NCBI GenBank assembly: GCA_963805625.1
Contig: CAWDVE010000021.1
Location: 320,001 to 384,000, forward strand
Length of the DNA stretch: 64,000 bases
Reading direction: 5' to 3'
Origin: an uncultured Candidatus Rokubacteria bacterium
GTDB taxonomy: Bacteria > Methylomirabilota > Methylomirabilia > Rokubacteriales > DASRDR01
Position numbers and translations under genes: made by a program
Notes under the pieces: generated by a model
Told to the model about the DNA's origin: nothing
The model's input: the letters and a program-made list of their open reading frames with translations, nothing else
The model's database searches: none
Part shown: positions 57,691 to 64,000 of the stretch, piece by piece
Numbering within the stretch: the stretch's first letter is position 1
How the letters are laid out: every line of letters begins with the position of its first letter

Positions 57691-58884
57691 ATGAAGACGT
57701 ATCGCGATCTCGTCGCCGAGGCCAAGCGCGCCATCCCCGAGGTCACCGTGGAGAACGTGCACGCCCGTCTCGCCCGGGGCGAGACCCTGGCCCTCATCGA
57801 CGTCCGGGATCCGGACGAGTACCGGGAGGGGGCCGTCGCCGGCGCCGTGCCGATCAGTCGCGGCTTCCTCGAGTTCAAGGTCCCGGAGGCCTTCCCCGAC
57901 CCTGAGACCCCGCTGGTGCTCTACTGCCTGTCTGGGCTCCGCTCGCTGCTCGCGGGCAAGGTGCTCCACGACCTCGGGTACACCAACGTGACCTCGATGG
58001 CGGGGGGCATCCGGCGCTGGAAGGAGCTGAAGCTCCCGCTCGTCAAGGACCAGCCGCTCACGTCGGACCAGATGGAGCGCTACAGCCGCCACTTCATGCT
58101 GGCGCAGGTGGGTGAGCCGGGGCAGAAGCAGCTCCTCCGGTCGAAGGCCCTCCTGATCGGCGCGGGGGGGCTCGGCTCGCCGGCCGCATTCTACCTCGCC
58201 GCCGTCGGCGTGGGCACGCTCGGCATCGTCGACGATGACGTCGTCGACCTGTCGAACCTCCAGCGTCAGATTCTCCACCGGACGTCGGACATCGGCCGGC
58301 CGAAGGTCGAGTCCGCCCGGGACTCGATCACGGCGCTCAATCCCGACGTAACAGTAATCCCGTACGCCGAGCGACTGACCGTGGACAATATCGAGCGGAT
58401 CATCAAGGACTACGACGTCATCGTGGACGGGTCGGACAACTTCGCGACCCGGTACCTCGTCAACGACGCCTGCTACCTTGCCGGCAAGCCGAACGTCCAC
58501 GGCTCGATCTTCCAGTTCGAGGGCATGGTCACGGTGCTGGCGCCCGACCGCGGGCCCTGCTACCGCTGTCTCTACCCCGTCCCGCCTCCCGCCGGGCTCG
58601 TCCCGTCCTGAAACGAAGCCGGCGTCCTGGGCGTGCTCCCGGGACTCATCGGAGTGGTGCAGGCGACCGAAACCGTCAAGTTGCTCCTCGGTAAGGGGGA
58701 GTCGCTGATCGGCCGGCTCCTGACGTACGACGCGCTCGGGATGCGCTTCCGCGAAGTGCGGCTTCGCCGGGACCCGAAGTGCCCGCTCTGCGGCGAGGCG
58801 CCGGTGATCCGCGACCTGTCGATCCACGCGGCGGGCGACGAAGCGTGCGCGGAGCCGTCTCCGGCGACGCCGGTGGCCCGCTAA
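57691..58884 (+). CDS. moeB: Rhodanese-MoeB/ThiF adenylyltransferase with in-frame TGA (candidate Sec307) at 58609-58611
   Basis: ORFs 57613..58611 and 58633..58884 share a frame. LYCLSGLRS; GAGGLG; SNLQRQ; CYRC; VPS*NEAGVLGVLPG; CPLC. GAGGAG RBS before ATG 57691. Confidence 0.9.
58624..58645 (+). promoter_or_regulatory. Candidate SECIS-like hairpin
   Basis: GUCCUGGG-CGUGCU-CCCGGGAC forms an 8-bp stem with 1 G-U pair, starting 12 nt after the UGA. Confidence 0.55.
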
Positions 58885-58900
58885 CCGTCCGGCGCGGCGG

Positions 58901-59998
58901 TCAGCGCGGCGGGCGCGGCGGGCGCGGCGGCGCGGCCTCGTCCGGGAAGCGGCCGACCGTCACGGTCAGCTCCTGGGCCTGACCGTCCCGCCAGAGCGAG
59001 ACCCGCACCGGCGTCCCCACCGGCGTGATCGAGATGACCCGCTGGAGCTCCCGCGGGCTGGCGATGACCCGGCCGTCCACCTCCAGGATCACGTCCTTGG
59101 CCCGGATCCCCGCCTGGGCCGCCGGCTGTCCCGGCAGGACGCCCTCGATGCCGACGCCGCGCGGTGCCTCGAGCCCGTAGTCCCGGACGTTGTCCTCGGT
59201 GATCTCGTCGATGCGCACGCCGAGCCATCCCCACTCGACCGTGCCCTTGGCGAGGAGCTGCGGGAGGAGCGTCTTGATCAGGTTGATCGGGATGGCGAAC
59301 CCGATCGAACCGTTGCGCGCGGCCATGGTGTTGACGCCGACGACCTGCCCACCCATATCGACCAGCGGGCCGCCGGAGTTGCCGGGATTCACGGCCGCGT
59401 CGGTCTGGATGAAGTCGAACCCCGGGGCCGCCGCCTGGAGCGGCGCGCCCTTCCGGCTCACGATCCCGAGCGACACGGTCTGCTCGAGCCCGAACGGGTG
59501 CCCGAGCGCGAGCACGAGCTCCCCGACCGCGAGCCGCTCGGAGTCGCCGAGCGGGAGTACGGGTAGCGCCTCCGACGCGTCCACCTTCACCAGGGCCAGG
59601 TCCACGCGCCGGTCCCGCCCGATGACGGTCCCTGCAAGGCGCCGCCCCGCGGCCAGCCGCACCTGGACCGATGTCGAGCCCTCGACGACGTGGGCGTTGG
59701 TGACGACGTACCCGTCGGGGTGAATGACGAACCCCGAGCCGAGCGCCCGTCGTGGGCCCTCTTCGGGGTCCGGCTCCTCGGTTGGCCGCTGGACGCGGAT
59801 CTGGACCAGCGCCGGCTTCAGCCGCTCCGCGAGGCGGGTCAGCGCCGTGTTGAGCCGGACGAGCTCCGGCTCCGGCGAGACGCCTGGCCCCTCGCGCCAG
59901 AGTTGCGCCGGGGGCGCCCCCGCCGGCTGAGCCGCGACCGGGCCCGCGAGCGCGAGGCCCGCAACGACGCCGAGGATCCACCGCCCAACCGCCCTCAT
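58901..59998 (-). CDS. HtrA/DegP-family serine protease with one PDZ domain
   Basis: TNAHVV; DLAL; NPGNSGGPL; GWLGV. Confidence 0.95.
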   Translation of the reverse strand: MRAVGRWILGVVAGLALAGPVAAQPAGAPPAQLWREGPGVSPEPELVRLNTALTRLAERLKPALVQIRVQRPTEEPDPEEGPRRALGSGFVIHPDGYVVTNAHVVEGSTSVQVRLAAGRRLAGTVIGRDRRVDLALVKVDASEALPVLPLGDSERLAVGELVLALGHPFGLEQTVSLGIVSRKGAPLQAAAPGFDFIQTDAAVNPGNSGGPLVDMGGQVVGVNTMAARNGSIGFAIPINLIKTLLPQLLAKGTVEWGWLGVRIDEITEDNVRDYGLEAPRGVGIEGVLPGQPAAQAGIRAKDVILEVDGRVIASPRELQRVISITPVGTPVRVSLWRDGQAQELTVTVGRFPDEAAPPRPPRPPR

Positions 59999-60071
59999 GC
60001 TCCCCTCCCCGGCTCGCCGCCCTCCGGCCCGAGCCTCATCACTCTATCCGAGATCGCCGGCGGCGGCACGG

Positions 60072-60614
60072 CTATCGGCCGAGGAGGCCGGCGATGTGCG
60101 AGAGCTCGGGCAGGATCAGCCGCTCGACCGCGAGCCGGCACGCGGCCGGCGAGCCGGGCAAGGAAAAGACCACCCGACCCGCCCGCACCCCCGCCTGGGC
60201 GCGGGAGAGCATCGCGGCCGATCCGATCTCCTGATAGGAGAGCAGCCGGAACAGCTCGCCAAACCCGGGCAGACGCTTCTCCAGCAAGGTGTCGATCGCC
60301 TCGAAGGTCTGGTCGCGGGGCGCGATACCCGTGCCGCCCGTGAAGATCACGGCCTGGACTCCGGGATGGGAGCACGCCTGGTGGATGACCGCGTGCACCT
60401 GGCTCGGCTCGTCGCGCACGAGGTGGTAGCCCACTACCTCGTGGCCGGCGCCGGCGAGGAGCTCGCGAATGAGGCGGCCGCTCGTATCGGTCTCGAGGGT
60501 CTTCGAGTCCGAGACCGTGCACACCACGCAGCGGACCCGCGTCGGGGCGTGGGCCTTGTGCTCGTCGACGGGCGACCGCCCGGGGGCTCCGGCCGGCGCG
60601 CCGGGCTCCGTCAC
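60072..60614 (-). CDS. moaB: MoaB/MogA molybdenum cofactor biosynthesis protein
   Basis: TVSD...DTSG; TGGTG..PRDQT; PGFGELFR; LSRA; LPGSP. Confidence 0.92.
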   Translation of the reverse strand: MTEPGAPAGAPGRSPVDEHKAHAPTRVRCVVCTVSDSKTLETDTSGRLIRELLAGAGHEVVGYHLVRDEPSQVHAVIHQACSHPGVQAVIFTGGTGIAPRDQTFEAIDTLLEKRLPGFGELFRLLSYQEIGSAAMLSRAQAGVRAGRVVFSLPGSPAACRLAVERLILPELSHIAGLLGR

Positions 60615-61966
60615 GGCGGCGAGCGCTCCGCCGCCGCATACGCCCGGTCCAGGACCTCGACGACGTGGAGCACCTCCACGTCTCGCCCGCGCGCGCGGAG
60701 GCCGGCGGCCAGCTGCAGGATGCAGCCCGGGTTCGCCGTCACCACGGTCGCGGCGCCCGTGGCCTCAACGTGAGCCATCTTGCGATCGAGCAGCCGCTGC
60801 GCCATCACGGGCTCGGTCAGATTGTAGATCCCCGCCGAGCCGCAGCACATCTCGGCCTCGCCGAGCTCGACCAGCTCGAGTCCGGGCACGGCCCGCAAGA
60901 GCGCGCGGGGCGCGCTCCGGACCTGCTGCCCGTGCGCCAGGTGACACGGGTCGTGATACGTCGCGCGGAGCGGGAGCGGCCCGAGCGGCTCCGCCAGCGG
61001 CGCGCGCGCGAGGAACTCGGTGACGTCCACGACCTTCCGGGCGAAGGCCGCCGCGCGCCCGGCCCATGCCGGATCCCCTCGGAGCAGATGCCCGTAGGCT
61101 TTCATGTGTGCCCCGCACCCGGCGGCGTTGACCACGACGGCCTCGAGCTCCGCGGGCTCGAACGCGGTGATGGTGGCGCGGGCCAGGGCGCGGGCGCGCT
61201 CGGGCTCGCCCGCGTGAGCGTGGAGCGCGCCACAGCAGCCCTGGGCGCGCGGGACCCGCACCTCCACGCTCTGGCGCACGAGGCACCGGATAGTCGCCTC
61301 GTTGTGCGGGCGGAACACCGCGTCCTGCACGCACCCGTGAAGGAGCCCCACCCGCCCCCGCGGCGCCCCGCGCGCCGGGATCGTCTCGGGCAGGGCTCCG
61401 CTCCGCCCCGCCGGTGGAAGCGGCGGCAGAAGCGCCTCTGACGCCGCGAGGGTCGCCGGAAACAGGCGCAGGAGGCCGCTCGCCCGGACGAGGCGCTGGA
61501 GCCCGCTCCGCTGGTAGACGCGGAGCGCGCCCGCGACGAGGCGCAGGAGGGCCGGTCGGGGCAGGAGACCGTCGAACGCAGCGCGCCGCACCAGGCGCCG
61601 CGCCGGAGCGCCCGGGCGCCTCGCCTCGAGCTCGGCGCGGGCCGCCTCGATCAGGTGACCGTAGGGCACCCCCGAGGGACACGCGCTCTCGCACGCCCGG
61701 CATCCAAGGCAGAGCGAGAGATGCTCGGCCGCGGAATCGCCGAGCGCGATCCGGCCGTCGGCGAGCGCCTTGATGAGGTAGATGCGGCCGCGCGGCGAGT
61801 CCGGCTCCTGCCCGAGCTCGGCGTACGTGGGGCAGCTCGGCAGACACAAGCCACAGTGGACGCACTGGAGGAGCTGCCCGTACTCGAGCTCGGCGAGGAC
61901 GCCCGGCCGCCGGGCCGCGGGCGGCGGCCCGCCCGGCGGGGTGGAGGTGGTCGTCGCCGTTGTCAT
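60611..61966 (-). CDS. glcF: Glycolate oxidase Fe-S subunit
   Basis: CVHCGLCLPSCP; CLGCRACESACP; two CCG domains. Confidence 0.92.
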   Translation of the reverse strand: MTTATTTSTPPGGPPPAARRPGVLAELEYGQLLQCVHCGLCLPSCPTYAELGQEPDSPRGRIYLIKALADGRIALGDSAAEHLSLCLGCRACESACPSGVPYGHLIEAARAELEARRPGAPARRLVRRAAFDGLLPRPALLRLVAGALRVYQRSGLQRLVRASGLLRLFPATLAASEALLPPLPPAGRSGALPETIPARGAPRGRVGLLHGCVQDAVFRPHNEATIRCLVRQSVEVRVPRAQGCCGALHAHAGEPERARALARATITAFEPAELEAVVVNAAGCGAHMKAYGHLLRGDPAWAGRAAAFARKVVDVTEFLARAPLAEPLGPLPLRATYHDPCHLAHGQQVRSAPRALLRAVPGLELVELGEAEMCCGSAGIYNLTEPVMAQRLLDRKMAHVEATGAATVVTANPGCILQLAAGLRARGRDVEVLHVVEVLDRAYAAAERSPP

Positions 61967-61985
61967 GCGCCGCGCGCCCGGCCCA

Positions 61986-63329
61986 TCAGATCCCGCCCAC
62001 GAAGCGGCCGGGATTCAGGACGCCCTGCGGGTCGAGCCGCGCCTTCAGCCCCCGCATGAGATCCACGCCCGGCCCCGGAGGATCCCACACCGGGCACGCC
62101 TCGCGCACGCCGAGCGGCGCCCACTCGACGGCAAGATGCCCGCCGCGCGCCCGCGCGGCATCGCGCCACGCGGCCAGCACCACGGCCGTGGCGGCGGCTG
62201 GGCGGGGGGCGCCGCCAGGGGCGAGGACGAGCGTCACAAGCCCGTGGCCCGCGTGCGCGACCGTGGCGAGCTCGAACCCTCCCGCCTGGGCGGTCGTCTG
62301 GGCCGCCCCGAGGTAGGCCCCGACCTCCGCCGGGACCACGCCCACGGTGGCGATCGCCACCGGGCTTGCGAGAAGACGTCGCGTCTCGCGCACGGCCCCG
62401 AGCGCGCGCGCCGTCCCGCCGGCGTCGAGCGCCTCGACGGCGCGCGCCCCGGCCCCACGAAGACGCCGCGCCGCCTCCTCCCTCTCCCACGCGACGGCGC
62501 GGGCGAGGCCGTCGAACGCGACCAGGACGGCGGGGGCGGCGGCGGCCGGGAGGCCGACCACCGGCGCGCAGGCGTCGGCCGCCCGCGCGTCCAGCAGCGT
62601 GAGCGCCACCGGTCCGAGCTCCGAGCCCGCGAGGACCCCCGCCGCGCCCGCCGCCGCGTCGAGGCTGGCGAACGTCGCCCAGCAGGCGCCCTCCGCCTCC
62701 GGCCGGGGGCGGAGCTTGAGCGTCGCGTCCACGATGATGCCGAGCGTGCCGAGGGATCCAATGTAGAGCTTCACGAGATCGTAGCCGGCCACGTTCTTCA
62801 CGACCTTCCCACCCGCCCGGATCAGCTGGCCATCGGCCGCCACGACGCGCATCCCGATGACGAGGTCCCGCGCGGTGCCGTACCCGTGCCGCCGGGGCCC
62901 GGCGGCGTTGGCCGCCAGGACGCCCCCGAGCGTTGCCGTTCCGGGCGCCGGGGGATCGAGCGGGAGCCACTGGCCGCCCGTCCCCAGCGCAGCCTGGAGC
63001 GCGTCAAGCGTGATCCCGGCCTCGGCCGTGGCGGTGAGGTCGCCCGGCTCATGCTCGAGGACGCGCCCGAGGCGCCGGAGGCCGACGACGAGCGCGCCGT
63101 CCCGCGGCGGGGTGCCCCGGGACATCTGGGTCCCCCCGCCCCACGGGACCACCGGCACCCCCACCGCCGCGGCGGCCCGCACCACCCGCGCCACCTCGTC
63201 GGCCGAGCCCGGCAGCACGACCCCGCACGGGGTGCGCCCGTCCACGACGTACGGCGCGCGATCGGCGCCGCCCAGGCAGTGGGCGGGGCCGACGATCTCG
63301 GCGAGACTCCGGAGCAGGGTAGCGGTCAT
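61986..63329 (-). CDS. glcE: Glycolate oxidase FAD-binding subunit
   Basis: GGKVVKNVAGYDL.KL..GSLGTLG; DPQGVLNPGR. Confidence 0.88.
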   Translation of the reverse strand: MTATLLRSLAEIVGPAHCLGGADRAPYVVDGRTPCGVVLPGSADEVARVVRAAAAVGVPVVPWGGGTQMSRGTPPRDGALVVGLRRLGRVLEHEPGDLTATAEAGITLDALQAALGTGGQWLPLDPPAPGTATLGGVLAANAAGPRRHGYGTARDLVIGMRVVAADGQLIRAGGKVVKNVAGYDLVKLYIGSLGTLGIIVDATLKLRPRPEAEGACWATFASLDAAAGAAGVLAGSELGPVALTLLDARAADACAPVVGLPAAAAPAVLVAFDGLARAVAWEREEAARRLRGAGARAVEALDAGGTARALGAVRETRRLLASPVAIATVGVVPAEVGAYLGAAQTTAQAGGFELATVAHAGHGLVTLVLAPGGAPRPAAATAVVLAAWRDAARARGGHLAVEWAPLGVREACPVWDPPGPGVDLMRGLKARLDPQGVLNPGRFVGGI

Positions 63330-63355
63330 GCGAGCCGGCGCACCCGGGGCGCGCC

Positions 63356-64000
63356 CTACAGGCGCTGGATCAGCCCGCTCGCCTCGAGCGGATGCGGCTG
63401 GTAGGCGATCTCCCCGGGGGCGCAGGACTTGCGCGTCGGGAAGACCTTGCCGGGGTTGCACCGCCCGGTGGGATTGAACACGGCCTTGATCGCGGCCATC
63501 GTGGCGAGATCGGCCTCGGAGAAGATCCACGGCATGAAGTCGCGCTTCTCGAGGCCGATGCCGTGCTCGCCCGAGATCGTGCCCCCCACGTCCACACAGG
63601 CCCGCATGATCTCGGCGCCCGCGGCCAGCACCCGCGCCTCCTCGCCCGGCTTCTGCGGGTCGTAGAGGATGTTCGGGTGGAGGTTACCGTCGCCCGCGTG
63701 AAAGACGTTCCCGACCCGGAGCGCGTGAGCCGTGACGATCCGCTCGATGTGGCGCAGGACCTCGGGGAGCCGCGTCCGCGGGATCACGCCGTCCATCACC
63801 ATGTACGCGGGCGCGATCCGCCCGTAGGCGCCGAAGGCGTGCTTGCGCCCCTTCCACAGAAGCTGACGCTCGGATTCGTTCTGGGCGAGCCGAACCTCCC
63901 GCGCGCCGCTCTCGCGGCAGGCGGCGGCCACGCGCGCGGCCTCCTCGTCGAGCCCGGCGTCGAGCCCGTCCAGTTCGATGAGGAGCGCCGCCGCCGCATC
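63356..64000 (-). CDS. glcD: Glycolate oxidase subunit, C-terminal part (start lies beyond the window)
   Basis: FHAGDGNLHP; SGEHGIG; CNPGK; frame open to base 64000. Confidence 0.9.
   Translation of the reverse strand, partial: DAAAALLIELDGLDAGLDEEAARVAAACRESGAREVRLAQNESERQLLWKGRKHAFGAYGRIAPAYMVMDGVIPRTRLPEVLRHIERIVTAHALRVGNVFHAGDGNLHPNILYDPQKPGEEARVLAAGAEIMRACVDVGGTISGEHGIGLEKRDFMPWIFSEADLATMAAIKAVFNPTGRCNPGKVFPTRKSCAPGEIAYQPHPLEASGLIQRL

Overview
High-GC bacterial chromosome window read in the standard genetic code (many genes end in TGA). The gene style suggests a Rokubacteria-like soil organism, but that is inference only. About 1-33 kb is accessory and partly decayed. It holds recombinase and IS630 remnants, secreted proteins behind sigma54-type promoters (PEP-CTERM, and FG-GAP-like repeat proteins carrying collagen, FN3 or protease domains), and a lone primase-helicase flanked by iteron-like repeats. 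It also holds a small (RSDLAA)5 protein, a four-gene RiPP-like locus and a sugar ABC transporter. The RiPP-like locus encodes a PqqD/RRE domain fused to a Tat-type signal and a 14-Cys peptide, a MauE plus double-thioredoxin protein, an HPr-kinase-like P-loop protein and a nucleotidyltransferase. About 33-64 kb looks like core genome: katG/fur/tpx, a DGQHR protein, greA, ppiD, trmI, an HD hydrolase, a polysaccharide cluster, moeB, htrA, moaB and glcDEF. The best leads are (1) the RRE-fused Cys-rich exported-peptide locus and (2) two genes split in the ORF track, DUF411 and rhodanese-MoeB. Each has an in-frame TGA at a conserved Cys position with a hairpin starting 12 nt downstream, so both are candidate selenoproteins. 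No tRNA, rRNA or CRISPR array was seen. All family calls come from recognising motifs by eye; no searches were run.
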